Origin: an uncultured Planctomycetaceae bacterium
Lineage (GTDB): Bacteria; Planctomycetota; Planctomycetia; Planctomycetales; Planctomycetaceae
Reading direction: 5' to 3'
DNA: 64,000 bases
Assembly (NCBI GenBank): GCA_963813715.1
Contig: CAWFAK010000017.1
Location: forward strand, 928,001 to 992,000
Position 1 is the first letter of the stretch, and each line of letters starts with the position of its first letter. Both the position numbers and the translations under genes were made by a program. Positions 19,865-29,984 of this stretch are shown one piece after another. The notes under the pieces were generated by a model, which worked only from the letters and a program-made list of their open reading frames with translations, searched no databases and was not told the DNA's origin.

Positions 19865-20739
19865 GTTTTGAACTGGCCTGCGCCGACTTCGCCTTTCCAC
19901 TTTTGCCGCACGAGCATTCGTTGCGATTGATCGCCATGCTCGGCTTTGCCGGCGTCGACATCGGGCTCTTCGAAGGACGCTCGCATCTTTGGCCGTCGCG
20001 CGAGTTCGAGGATATTCCCCGGTCCGCATCGGCCCTCAAACGGCGGACCGACGCGCTCGGCTTGCGGGTGGCCGACGTCTTTTTGCAAACCGCCGCCGAT
20101 TTCCGCCTGTACCCGATCAACCATCCCGACGCCGGCCGGCGAAGACTGGCCCGCGACTGGTTCTCGCGGACCCTCGAATTCGCGGCTGCTTTGCGTTGCT
20201 CGCATGTCACAATTCTGCCCGGCGTTGATTTCGACGAGGAGAGCCGCGAGACATCGTTAGCGCGGGCCGTCGAAGAGCTCGGATGGCGCGTGGAACAGGC
20301 GCGCCAGGCCGGCGTGACGTTGGGCACCGAGGCGCACGTCGGCTCTCTGTTCCCCGACCCGCTCTCGGCCCTGGAATTGGTGCAAAAGGTGCCGGGTCTG
20401 ACCCTCACGCTCGACTACACGCACTTTACACGAGCCGGCCGGCCCGATCGCGACGTTGAACCCCTGCTGGCACACGCCTCGCATTTTCATGTGCGGGGAG
20501 CCCGCCACGGCCGGCTACAGACGCCGTTCAAAGATAACGTGATCGATTACCGTCGAGTGGTCGAGCGGATGCAAGAAGTCGGCTATCGCGGCTGGCTCGG
20601 CATCGAATACGTCTGGATTGACTGGGAGCATTGCAACGAGTGCGACAACCTGTCGGAGACGATCCTCTTTCGCGATTTGCTCCGGAGTCTGCTGACGCCT
20701 CAACACCATCCGACACGCGCCCAGGAGCCGACACCGTGA
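19861..20739 (+). CDS. Sugar phosphate isomerase/epimerase (xylose isomerase-like TIM barrel)
   Basis: Metal-ligand pattern GTEAH, LTLDYTH, HFHVR and WLGIEY; overlaps the SDR stop. Confidence 0.85.
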   Translation: MSFELACADFAFPLLPHEHSLRLIAMLGFAGVDIGLFEGRSHLWPSREFEDIPRSASALKRRTDALGLRVADVFLQTAADFRLYPINHPDAGRRRLARDWFSRTLEFAAALRCSHVTILPGVDFDEESRETSLARAVEELGWRVEQARQAGVTLGTEAHVGSLFPDPLSALELVQKVPGLTLTLDYTHFTRAGRPDRDVEPLLAHASHFHVRGARHGRLQTPFKDNVIDYRRVVERMQEVGYRGWLGIEYVWIDWEHCNECDNLSETILFRDLLRSLLTPQHHPTRAQEPTP

Positions 20740-21792
20740 ACTCGTTCTGGTCGGGCCTGGCGTTGGTCGTCGTTGCGGGCGCGATGGGTGGCAGCTTTAC
20801 TGTCCCGCTGAAATATGTCCGCGGCTGGGCGTGGGAAAAGACGTGGCTTTTCTATTCCATCGTGGGCATGGTGCTTGTCCCCTGGCTGATCGTGGCGTGG
20901 GCCGTGCCTACCCCCGCGTCCGTCTTTGCGGCCATCGCACCGCAAAAACTCTTGACGACGGCCTTGTTCGGCGCGGGTTGGGGCGTCGGCTCGGTGCTGT
21001 TTGGACTGGGCGTCACGCGGGTCGGCACCGCGATGGCCTTCGCGATCGTCGTATCGATGACTGCAACTCTGGGTTCGCTGATCCCCCTCGCCGTTTTGCA
21101 ACCGTCAGAGCTAAGCTCCCCGCGAACACTGTGGTTGGTGTTCGGTCTAGCCATCGTGCTGCTCGGATTAACGCTCTGCGCCAGAGCCGGCTTCCTCAAA
21201 GAGGCGGCCCAGCGCTGCTGACCAGCGCGAAAAGGCGGAGTCCATCGGAACCGCTAAGGCTGCGACGGCGGGCGGGTTTTTGGGCGGACTCTTGATCTGC
21301 CTCGTTTCCGGCGTGACGTCGCCGATGTTCAATTTCAGCGTCGCCTTCGGCGGTGATATTCAGCGCGAAGCCGAGTATCGCGGTGCGGAAGCCGCCATCG
21401 CGTCGGTTGCCGTGATTGCGGTGACTGTTTCGGCGGGCTTCCTCACGAATGCGCTCTACTGTCTTTATCTGCTTGTCCGTAACCGGAGCCTGCGATCGGC
21501 GGACGGAGCTCCCATTCTGGCGAACGCGGCGCTGGTCATCTTGATGGGGGTTTTGTGGATGCTGGGAATGTTTTTCTACGGCGTGGGGGCCAGTCGCATG
21601 GGCGACCGCGGACCCGTGCTCGGCTGGCCGCTGTTCATGACCTTGATGGTGTTGATGGGCAATTTTTGGGGGACGGTGACCGGCGAATGGAAGGGAGCCG
21701 GTCGCCGCGCGTATCTCCTGCTGCAGTTGGGAAACGTGGCGATGGTGGCCGCGTTCATCGTGATTTCGGCGGGCTCTCGTCCCTCCTCGTAA
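20736..21792 (+). CDS. rhaT: L-rhamnose/proton symporter RhaT family (frameshift near 21215-21280)
   Basis: GSFTVPLKYVRGWAWEKTW, WGVGSVLFG, LGSLIPL and GNFWGTVTGEWKG; about 10 TM helices across two frames. Confidence 0.85.
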
Positions 21793-21826
21793 AGGCCGCT
21801 CGACGCGAACAGAAAAAGGCCCTGCC

Positions 21827-22147
21827 ATGGAACGTGTTTGCTTCCTGCTCAAGGTCCGCAAAGAACGGCTCGACGAATACAAGCAGCGGCACCAGTCGGT
21901 CTGGGCCGAGATGCGGCAAGCCCTGCACGAGACCGGTTGGACCAATTATTCGCTCTACCTTCGCGACGATGGGCTGCTCGTTGGTTATCTCGAAACACCC
22001 GATTTCGACGCGGCCTTGCGCGGGATGGCTGCCCAAGAGGTGAACGCGCGCTGGCAGCGCGAAATGGCGCCCTTCTTCGAAGACCTGGAAGGCCGGCGCC
22101 CCGACGAGGGGCTCTTGCGCCTCGAAGAGATCTTCCACCTTGATTGA
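21827..22147 (+). CDS. rhaM: L-rhamnose mutarotase
   Basis: EYKQRHQSVWAEM, GWTNYSLYL, VNARWQREM and LEEIFHLD. Confidence 0.9.
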   Translation: MERVCFLLKVRKERLDEYKQRHQSVWAEMRQALHETGWTNYSLYLRDDGLLVGYLETPDFDAALRGMAAQEVNARWQREMAPFFEDLEGRRPDEGLLRLEEIFHLD

Positions 22148-22150
22148 CCG

Positions 22151-23546
22151 ATGGCGACAAGATCCATGAGTGACCCCAATCGGGCTCGGTCCCAGCGGTG
22201 GTGTTTCTTCGCTGCGGCGCTCGGACTCCTGATCGCCGCGCCGGCAGCGGCCGCCGAAAGACCCAATCGCCCGAACGTCGTGCTGATTCTGGCCGACGAC
22301 CTAAGCCACGGCGATTTATCGTGCTCCGGCGGCAGCGACGTGCGAACGCCGCACATCGATCGGATCTTTCGCGAAGGGCAAACGCTGACTCGATTTCGCA
22401 CGAATTCGAGCGTGTGTTCGCCCACGCGTGCCGCCTTGCTGACCGGGCGTTATCCGGATTGCGTCGGCGTTCCCGGAGTGATTCGTACTCACGCCGATCA
22501 GAACTTCGGCCGCCTCGCGCCGGACGCCGTGCTATTGCCCGCTCTGCTCAAGCCGGCCGGCTATGCGACGGCCCTGATCGGGAAATGGCACCTGGGGCTC
22601 GCGCCGCCCGACGTGCCCAACGCGCGAGGCTTCGAGGTCTTTCACGGCTGGCTCGGCGACATGATGGACGACTATGTGACACATCAGCGGCACGGGATCA
22701 ACTATCTCCGCGACAACCTGGACACCGTCGATCCGCAGGGGCACGCGACCGACCTCTTCACCACTTGGGCGATCGACTTTTTGCACGACCGCCAGCACGA
22801 CCAGCGGCCGTTTTTCCTCGAGCTCGCCTACAATGCGCCGCACGCTCCGATTCAGCCGCCGGCCGATTGGCTGAAACGCGTTCACGATCGCGCTCCCACC
22901 CTTCCCGATATGCGTGCCCGGCGGATTGCGCTAGTCGAACACATGGACGACGGCATCGGACGCGTGATGGCGGCCCTCTCGGCGGCCGGACTCGACAAGA
23001 ATTGCCTGGTCGTTTTCACCTCCGACAACGGCGGCCCGCTCGACTTTGGTGCATTCAACGGGTCGCTGCGTGACGGCAAAGGCAGCATGTACGAGGGTGG
23101 GCTGCGCAGTCCCGTTCGGAGCCTCTTGGGCCGGCCACATTTCGTCCGGTTCGACCACCGATCTGGCCGCCGTCACGATGGATATTTTCCCCACGGTCCT
23201 CGAGGCGGCCGGCGTCGAGCGACCCCAGAACCTCGACGGCACGAGCTTCCTGCCGACCCTTACGGGACACATCCAGAAACTGTCGCGACCGCTCTTCTTC
23301 ATGCGTCGCGAGGGAGGTCCCGGATTTTGGGGCGGAGAAAACGAAGCGGTGATCGACGGCGATTGGAAACTTGTCCACAACAGCCCGTTTCGCCCGCTCG
23401 AGCTGTTCAATCTGATCGACGACCCTGCAGAATCGCACGACCGGGCCTCCCGCGAACCGAAGATCCGCAACCGCCTCGCACGCGAGCTGCAGCTCCATCT
23501 TCAAGCAGCGGGCGCAGCGCCCTGGCAATCGTCGAATCAGCACTAG
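22151..23546 (+). CDS. Arylsulfatase-family sulfatase (Cys type), frameshift near 23110
   Basis: Signal peptide, PNVVLILADD, CSPTRAALLTGR, GKWHLG, APHAP and SDNG; the C-terminus (MDIFPT, DGDWKL, ELFNL) is in a second frame. Confidence 0.9.
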
Positions 23547-23585
23547 CCACCTTGAGGACCGCTCTGCCCAATCTCTCGCAGCGAT

Positions 23586-24485
23586 TTAGCTAACCTGCTG
23601 CTGCGACTGCATGCCGCTCGCCAGAGACTGCACCTGGTCGGCGCTCGTGAGGCTAATCGACGCGGTCAACGTCGCGGAGGCGGCGGTGCCCCGATAGGAG
23701 CCGACGACCGCCGCGGCCTGCTCGGGTCGGGCCGAGGCAGCCAGCGCGATGTGTTGATCGGCGACGGCCAGGCCTTGCGTTGGGTCGTAACCGCGCCAGC
23801 CGGCCCACGGCAGGTAGACTTCGGCCCAAGCGTGGAGGTCGTGGGCCTGACCGCTCAATCGTTGCTGGTAGCCGCTGACAAATCGGGCCGCCAGCCCCAC
23901 GCTGCGGCAGGCATCCAGGAACAGCACCACCAGGTCGCGGCAGGCGCCGGTCCGCCGCGAAAATGTCTCGCGGGCTGACCACGGAGCACCAGTCTCGCGG
24001 TTCGTCACTGTCCAGGTCGATGAAAGCCGTCCACTCAGTTGGCCGAGAAAAGGGACGACTTGCTGGTCGACTTCCGCGGCCACGTCGGCGGCGAATCGGC
24101 CGACGGGATCGTCGCCAGGAATCTCCCCGGCTCGTTTGCGTGCGGCGGCGACGAGCGGCTCTTCCACCGGGGAATACGACATTGGCAACAGGAGCCGATT
24201 CGGCGGCAGGATGAATTCGAAAGGATTGTTCCGCGACGTGTTCACCAGCGACTCGGCCCGCACCGTCAATTCCGACGACAGGCCGTTGAACCAGGCAAGC
24301 GAAACGACGTTCCCTTCGGCATCGAGCGAGGTGGAGATCCCGGCCGGCTGCGGCTTGACGATCAGGCGAAACGACTCGAGAGATTGCCCACCGTCGACGC
24401 GCGGCCGCATCCGAATCAGATGCGGCTCCAGAAAGACCGGTTGGTTGTAGCTATAGCGGGCCAGATGGGCGATTTCGAATTGCAC
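23586..24485 (-). CDS. Transglutaminase family protein (bacterial N-terminal domain + catalytic core)
   Basis: IAHLARYSY..IRMRPR, with a Cys-His-Asp triad in GACRD, HAWAEVY and GWRGYDPT. Confidence 0.93.
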   Translation of the reverse strand: MQFEIAHLARYSYNQPVFLEPHLIRMRPRVDGGQSLESFRLIVKPQPAGISTSLDAEGNVVSLAWFNGLSSELTVRAESLVNTSRNNPFEFILPPNRLLLPMSYSPVEEPLVAAARKRAGEIPGDDPVGRFAADVAAEVDQQVVPFLGQLSGRLSSTWTVTNRETGAPWSARETFSRRTGACRDLVVLFLDACRSVGLAARFVSGYQQRLSGQAHDLHAWAEVYLPWAGWRGYDPTQGLAVADQHIALAASARPEQAAAVVGSYRGTAASATLTASISLTSADQVQSLASGMQSQQQVS

Positions 24486-24504
24486 AGTGATTCTTACTCG
24501 TGAA

Positions 24505-25281
24505 CTAAGCGCTCGCGTCGCGATCGGATAACCTCATCGGCACCACCTGCGGGTCGCGCAGCTTGGCCAGCACCGGTTCCATCCAGCCGGTCGGCAGCTC
24601 GCGAACCGAGTCGCGAAGTCGTTCCTGCCACCAGTTGGAGTTCTCGGCCAGGTCGCTCTTCTCGAAACGATGTTCGACGATCTGGAATGTATTACGAGCG
24701 TACAGCACGACGTCGACGGGAAAATCGACGTCGGCGGCGCTGATTCGCGTGGAGTCGAACGCCAAGCAGCCGACCTTGAGCGCGAACCGCATCGGGTCTT
24801 CGTATTTGAGCGTGCGGTCGAGCACCGGCTTGCCATAACCGGAGGCCCCGATGATGTGGTAGGGCGTGCCGCGGCTGATCTCGACCCAATTGCCTTCGGG
24901 ATAGAGCAAAAAGAGCTTGTGCTCGCGATCCTTGGAGAGCTGACCGCCGATCAGGGCATGGATGTTGAAACGAAAGCCCGAATCTTCAAGGGACTGCTTG
25001 TCTTCGGTGGCCACGCGGCGGATTTGCTCGGCGAACAGGTTGGCCACGCGGAAGAGGCGTCCGAAGAGGGGCTGCTCGGCGTCTTCGATGATTTCCTCGA
25101 AGTAGGTGAGGGCCTTGTCGCGGACAGCCCGCAGGCCGGACGACATGACGAAGAAGGCCGCCTGCTCCTCGTGGTAGACCGACACTTTTTTCGCGGTGAT
25201 GCACTCGCTCCCCGAGATCACCCGCGTGTCGGCGATGCCGACCAGCCCGTCCTCGACCCTCATCGCCAGGCAGAATGTCAT
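24505..25281 (-). CDS. Proteasome-type Ntn protease (Anbu)
   Basis: Catalytic Thr after Met (MTFCLAM..GLVGIADTR), GGQ, LFLLYPEGNW, IGASGYGKPVLDR and FDST. Confidence 0.88.
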   Translation of the reverse strand: MTFCLAMRVEDGLVGIADTRVISGSECITAKKVSVYHEEQAAFFVMSSGLRAVRDKALTYFEEIIEDAEQPLFGRLFRVANLFAEQIRRVATEDKQSLEDSGFRFNIHALIGGQLSKDREHKLFLLYPEGNWVEISRGTPYHIIGASGYGKPVLDRTLKYEDPMRFALKVGCLAFDSTRISAADVDFPVDVVLYARNTFQIVEHRFEKSDLAENSNWWQERLRDSVRELPTGWMEPVLAKLRDPQVVPMRLSDRDASA

Positions 25282-26360
25282 TCGGAAGCCCTCGCGCTCA
25301 GAGCATTCGCGGCTCGTCCTGTTTCAGCCGCGGCGTGCGCGGCGCCTCCTGCCCCAGCCGCGATTGGCGCGGCTCCGCCCGTCCCAGCCGCGATGGGCGC
25401 GGCTGCCCCTGACACGGGTCGGACGGCGAAAAATGTATCACACACCGCCCCACCCACCAAGTTGAGTCGTTTCTGTAGATCGTCGACGAACTCGTGCAGC
25501 CCGCCGGAGATGATCTCGTCCGCTCGAGTGTAGGCCAGTTCGGCCCGGAGTTGCCCCAAAAGTTGTTCGGGCCGATTGCTGAAACTGCCGGTTTTGGACG
25601 CCGAGATCGCGTGTAACGATTCGTTGGCCTCGGTCAGGCAATAAAGCACCGCCCGGGGGAATTCGCGGTCGAGCACCAGAAAGTCGACAACTCGGGCCGG
25701 CGTAATGCGGCCGTGTCTTTGACGGTACATCTCGAAGGCGCTGGCCGACCGCAAGAGCGCCGACCATTGAATGTCGTCGTAGGGAGTGCCGACGTCGCGG
25801 GGCGTGGGCAGCAAGATGAAGTATTTGACGTCGAGAATTCGGGACGTTTTATCGGCCGTCTCGATCGCGCGGCCCACGCGGCAGAACTGCCAGGCCTCGC
25901 CGTGGGTCATCGTCGCGTCGGTGATGCCTTGGAACTGTTGCCCGGTGAGCCGGACCTGCTCGTAGAAGTCGTAAGGGTTGTCGAGGGCGGCCCGGTAGCC
26001 GCTTGTGTCCTTGAGCATCAGAAAAAAGCGATTGATGTGCTCCCACATTTCAGACGAAATGATTTCGCGAACGCTGCGGGCGTTCTCGCGGGCCGAAGTC
26101 AGGCACGAAAGGACCGAATTCGGGTTCTGGCGATCGAACGTCAAAAAGCGGATGACGTTTTCCTTGGTCGCCGATTCGTAGCCCGTGGTGAAGAGGGCGT
26201 CGTCGCCTGTCGTCACCACCAGCGGTCGCCACTGCTGCACGGCCTGCCCGGGCAGATCGAGATTCAAATTCAGATTGACCGAGATGAAGCGAGCGACGTT
26301 CTCGGCCCGTTCGACGTAGCGGCACATCCAATAAATCGAGTCGGCGACGCGGGAAAGCAT
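25278..26360 (-). CDS. Alpha-E domain-containing protein
   Basis: MLSRVADSIYWMCRYVERAENVAR, ARENARSVRE, GRAIETADKTSRILDVKY and FPRAV. Confidence 0.92.
   Translation of the reverse strand: MLSRVADSIYWMCRYVERAENVARFISVNLNLNLDLPGQAVQQWRPLVVTTGDDALFTTGYESATKENVIRFLTFDRQNPNSVLSCLTSARENARSVREIISSEMWEHINRFFLMLKDTSGYRAALDNPYDFYEQVRLTGQQFQGITDATMTHGEAWQFCRVGRAIETADKTSRILDVKYFILLPTPRDVGTPYDDIQWSALLRSASAFEMYRQRHGRITPARVVDFLVLDREFPRAVLYCLTEANESLHAISASKTGSFSNRPEQLLGQLRAELAYTRADEIISGGLHEFVDDLQKRLNLVGGAVCDTFFAVRPVSGAAAPIAAGTGGAAPIAAGAGGAAHAAAETGRAANALSARASE
25323..25412. repeat. Three degenerate 30-bp tandem repeats in the alpha-E tail
   Basis: CAGCCGCG recurs at 25325, 25355 and 25385; encodes GAAAPIAAGT-GGAAPIAAGA-GGAAHAAAET. 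Confidence 0.8.
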
Positions 26361-26363
26361 CCG

Positions 26364-27869
26364 CTAGGCGTCCTCCGCCACGATCCAGGTGTCCTTGCTG
26401 CCCCCGCCCTGGGAAGAATTGACGACCAGCGACCCCCTTTTTAGTGCGACGCGGGTCAGGCCGCCCGGCAACACGAAGATTTCTTTGCCGTAGACGATGA
26501 AAGGTCGCAGATCGACATGCCGCCCTTCCATGTTGCCGTCTTCGATGATCACCGGGCTGCGGGAGAGATTGAGCGTGGGCTGGGCAATGTAGTTCCGAGG
26601 CTTGGCCTCGATCTGTCGGGCGATCGCTTCCTGTTCGGCGCGGCTCGAACGGGGACCGATGTGCATGCCGTAGCCCCCCGATTCGTTTGCCGGCTTCACC
26701 ACCAGCTTGTCGAGATTGGCCAACACGTGCGAGCGCTGCGCCTCGTCGAAGCACAAATATGTCGGCACGTTCGGGATGATCGCCTCCTGCGCCAGGTAAT
26801 ACTTGATCATCTGCGGCACGTACGCGTAGATGACCTTGTCGTCGGCGACGCCCGTTCCCGGCGCGTTAGCCAAAGCCACGCGCCCCGCCCGGTACACGTC
26901 CATCAAGCCGGCGACACCCAGCATCGAGTCGGCCCGAAATGTGTTGGGATCCAAGAAGTCGTCGTCGATGCGGCGATACAAAACGTCGATCCGCTCGAGC
27001 CCTTTCGTCGTCCGCATGTGCAAGAAGCCGTCGGACACGACCAGGTCGCGCCCTTCGACCAGGTCGATGCCCATCTGCTGCGCCAGGAACGAATGCTCGA
27101 AGTAGGCCGAGTTGTAAGACCCGGGCGTGAGCAGCGCGACGCTAGGCGACAGAATCTTGCTGTCCATGAGGGACTGTAGGGCGTCGAGCAGCCGGCTGCA
27201 ATAATCGTCGACCGGACGGACCCGGGCACGCTCGAAGAGTGCCGGGAAGGTCTGCTTCATCAATTGACGGTTTTGCAGCAGATACGAGACGCCCGATGGA
27301 CAGCGAAGGTTGTCCTCGAGCACGTAGAAGCTGCCGTCGTCGTGGCGGACCAGGTCGGTCCCCGTAATGTGGCACCAGACTCCCTTGGGAGGATTGAGCC
27401 CGATGCACTGCCGCCTGAAGGACGCAGCGGTTTGGATGACATGCTCGGGAACGATCCCGTCTTTGACGATCTTCTGCTCGTGGTAGATGTCGTCGAGGAA
27501 CAGGTTGAGAGCGGCGATCCGCTGATTGAGCCCACGCTCGAGCCGATCCCATTCGCCCGACCCAAGCACGCGCGGCACGATATCAAACGGGATGATCCGC
27601 TCGGTGCCTTCGCCGTCCCCGTAGACGTTGAAGGTGATCCCCAAACGCAGCATCGAGCGGTCGGCAGCCAGTTGCCGGCGTTTGAGGTCGTCGAAGGCCA
27701 TTCTCTGTAGATACGAGAAGACCGTTTCCGACTCACGCCGCGGTCGACCGGACGGCTGAAACAGCTCGTCGTAGAATTCTCCGACCTGATAGTCTGCAAA
27801 AACCCCTGTGACGGGGCGGGTCGGTTCCGCGGCTTGGAAGGAAGTCTGGACAGACGGAATCTGGCTCAC
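26364..27869 (-). CDS. Circularly permuted type 2 ATP-grasp protein
   Basis: YDEL, GITFNVY, PFDIVPR, VLEDNLRCPSGVSY, YNSAYFEH, YRRIDDDFLDP, GTGVADDK, HVDLRP and VVNSSQGGGSKDTW. Confidence 0.95.
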   Translation of the reverse strand: MSQIPSVQTSFQAAEPTRPVTGVFADYQVGEFYDELFQPSGRPRRESETVFSYLQRMAFDDLKRRQLAADRSMLRLGITFNVYGDGEGTERIIPFDIVPRVLGSGEWDRLERGLNQRIAALNLFLDDIYHEQKIVKDGIVPEHVIQTAASFRRQCIGLNPPKGVWCHITGTDLVRHDDGSFYVLEDNLRCPSGVSYLLQNRQLMKQTFPALFERARVRPVDDYCSRLLDALQSLMDSKILSPSVALLTPGSYNSAYFEHSFLAQQMGIDLVEGRDLVVSDGFLHMRTTKGLERIDVLYRRIDDDFLDPNTFRADSMLGVAGLMDVYRAGRVALANAPGTGVADDKVIYAYVPQMIKYYLAQEAIIPNVPTYLCFDEAQRSHVLANLDKLVVKPANESGGYGMHIGPRSSRAEQEAIARQIEAKPRNYIAQPTLNLSRSPVIIEDGNMEGRHVDLRPFIVYGKEIFVLPGGLTRVALKRGSLVVNSSQGGGSKDTWIVAEDA

Positions 27870-28243
27870 GCCGGTCTCACGATAAGGCGCTCACGCACGG
27901 GTGAGCGGTTGGACGTTCGGATATTCGTGGAGAGGAATCGCTTCGAGGATGGTTCTATTCACCTTCGGAGCACTTCACGCGCCACCCCGAGCAACCCCAA
28001 AATCGTTTCCCTAAGGGACTCCTTTTCAGCAACTTACGACAATTGCCTAGTTCCCGCAATCGGAGATTGTGCTTAGAGAAACGACAACGCCTCGCACGTT
28101 TCTTGGGCGGCTCAGGCGTCGGCGGAACACGATGCGGTCCGCGACAATCCCGATCAAAGGTGGGGGTGTCACCGGGCATGGCCGACCTCGAGCGACGCGA
28201 GAGGGTAGTGGCTGATGGCGGGGAACGTTCGCCCGAGCCGGTG

Positions 28244-29779
28244 CTACCGGCCAAGCGCCTCTGCGATGCGGTCCTTCATGCTCTTGCCGCCGGGCTCCGG
28301 AATCGGGGATCCACGCCAGAGAATATGGCCGTCCGGCCCGATCAAGAACGAGGTCGGCACGCCGTCGACGACGAAGAGTCGGGCGGCCGGTGATTGGAAC
28401 CCGTTGATTTTGCTTGGTCCGGACCAGTAATGCTCCAGGTGCGTCCACCCGCGTTTGGCCAGATGTCGCGTCACCAGCTCTGGCTGTTCGTCAATGCTGA
28501 CGGGGACGAGGACCACGCGGTCTTTCCAGCGAGCGGGCTCGTCAGCGGCGAGTTGGTCGAGTTCTTTCATGGCGGACTGACACGGTTTGCACCACGTCGC
28601 CCAGAAATCGATCCAAACCAATTTACCTCGCAGGCTGCTGAGCTTGATCGGCTTGCTGTCGGCGACCGCGATCAACTCGGCGTCGGGGGCGGGGTCGTTG
28701 GCGTCCGGCCACAACGGGAATGTGAATCTTTCGACGCCGGACTTCTTGGAAAAGCCGAACCGACCCAGGCAGCGATTCCCCACGAAGATGAAGTAGGGCG
28801 CCCCGGCCATGATCTCCGGCACCCGATCGGTAATGTCTTTCAAGACAATTTCGCCTGCTGCAGGAACCGGCCCGTCGAAGACCGGGACGGCACCATAATG
28901 GGCATCAAAGTAGCCAACCCAGATCGGCTTGCTCGCCGCCGGCTTTCCGTCGGGGTGCAGCAAACGCACCGCAGCCGTGCGATTGCCGCGAAACACGTTG
29001 AGATCGAAGGGCACGTAGCGAAAACGAACCGGCAGTGACTGGCCCGGCCGCAGCGTCACCTTGTGTTTCTCGACGTAGGCCCCCGGATTGACTGGCGAAC
29101 GCGTCGTCCTGGGATCGTCTTTGACTCCCGGCTTCGGCCGCGTTTCGACGCCGACGAGGTAATCGCCGGCGATGAGATCGGTGATCCGTGCGAAACCCTT
29201 AAAGGGCAAGTCCTGATCGACGAAGACGTTGTAAGACTCGGTCCCTTCCGCGCGGCGGATAATGTGGAGGACCTGACCGTCGAACGGCAGCCTCTCCGGC
29301 TTTTCCTGGCCCGGATTGAAGTGAACTTCCAGCGTCGCCGGCTTCTCGACGTCGATCTCGAGCCGACCGTTTTTGATTTGGGACCATTGGAACGGCCCGC
29401 GCTCGAAGAATCGCAGAAAACCCGGCGCATGGATGGCGACGTAAAACGGCTGCTCGGGATGGAGCAGGCGGACCTCGAACTCTCCCGAGCCGGTCGCGTG
29501 AACGGTCAGCAGGTTCGCGTGACGCAGGCCGTCCCGACGAAACTCCGGCTGCCACATCAGCCGCGCCTGATCGCGATCGCTCTCGGCATAAACCTGGGGC
29601 CGGAAATCGGCCGGAAGCGTCATCCCTGCGGGCAGCCGGAAATGCAGCCGCAACTCGCGGTGCGGTGAGTCCGATGCCTGGGCCGCCGCCACTAACGAGA
29701 TGGTCAGGACATGGGCGATCAGCCACAGGCGGGTCGTGGCGCTCGCCGCGGATCGGCGTTCGAGACCTCCTGGACTCAT
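28244..29779 (-). CDS. TlpA-like thiol-disulfide oxidoreductase with a long N-terminal exported region
   Basis: C-terminal LSSLRGKLVWIDFWATWCKPC and GVPTSFLIGPDG; signal peptide-like N-terminus. Start uncertain (29779 or 29812). Confidence 0.85.
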   Translation of the reverse strand: MSPGGLERRSAASATTRLWLIAHVLTISLVAAAQASDSPHRELRLHFRLPAGMTLPADFRPQVYAESDRDQARLMWQPEFRRDGLRHANLLTVHATGSGEFEVRLLHPEQPFYVAIHAPGFLRFFERGPFQWSQIKNGRLEIDVEKPATLEVHFNPGQEKPERLPFDGQVLHIIRRAEGTESYNVFVDQDLPFKGFARITDLIAGDYLVGVETRPKPGVKDDPRTTRSPVNPGAYVEKHKVTLRPGQSLPVRFRYVPFDLNVFRGNRTAAVRLLHPDGKPAASKPIWVGYFDAHYGAVPVFDGPVPAAGEIVLKDITDRVPEIMAGAPYFIFVGNRCLGRFGFSKKSGVERFTFPLWPDANDPAPDAELIAVADSKPIKLSSLRGKLVWIDFWATWCKPCQSAMKELDQLAADEPARWKDRVVLVPVSIDEQPELVTRHLAKRGWTHLEHYWSGPSKINGFQSPAARLFVVDGVPTSFLIGPDGHILWRGSPIPEPGGKSMKDRIAEALGR

Positions 29780-29899
29780 TGGATCGGCCCCCGCCTCACG
29801 GATTTTGGTCAAATCAATACGAATTCATCGATGCCGCCGCATTGACTCACGGGCGCAGGATGAGACGGGGCGATCGCCGACTTTCGTTTAGAGCGGCTT

Positions 29900-29919
29900 G
29901 TAGTGCAGGCTTCGCCTGC
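29900..29919 (+). repeat. Short GTAG-type REP-like hairpin
   Basis: GTAG-T-GCAGGC-TTC-GCCTGC in an intergenic gap. Confidence 0.4.
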
Positions 29920-29984
29920 CGCCATGAGCCAACCGACGCCTGACATCCGGCGCTGCCGTTTGGCGGTAGACGGAATACGCATCA

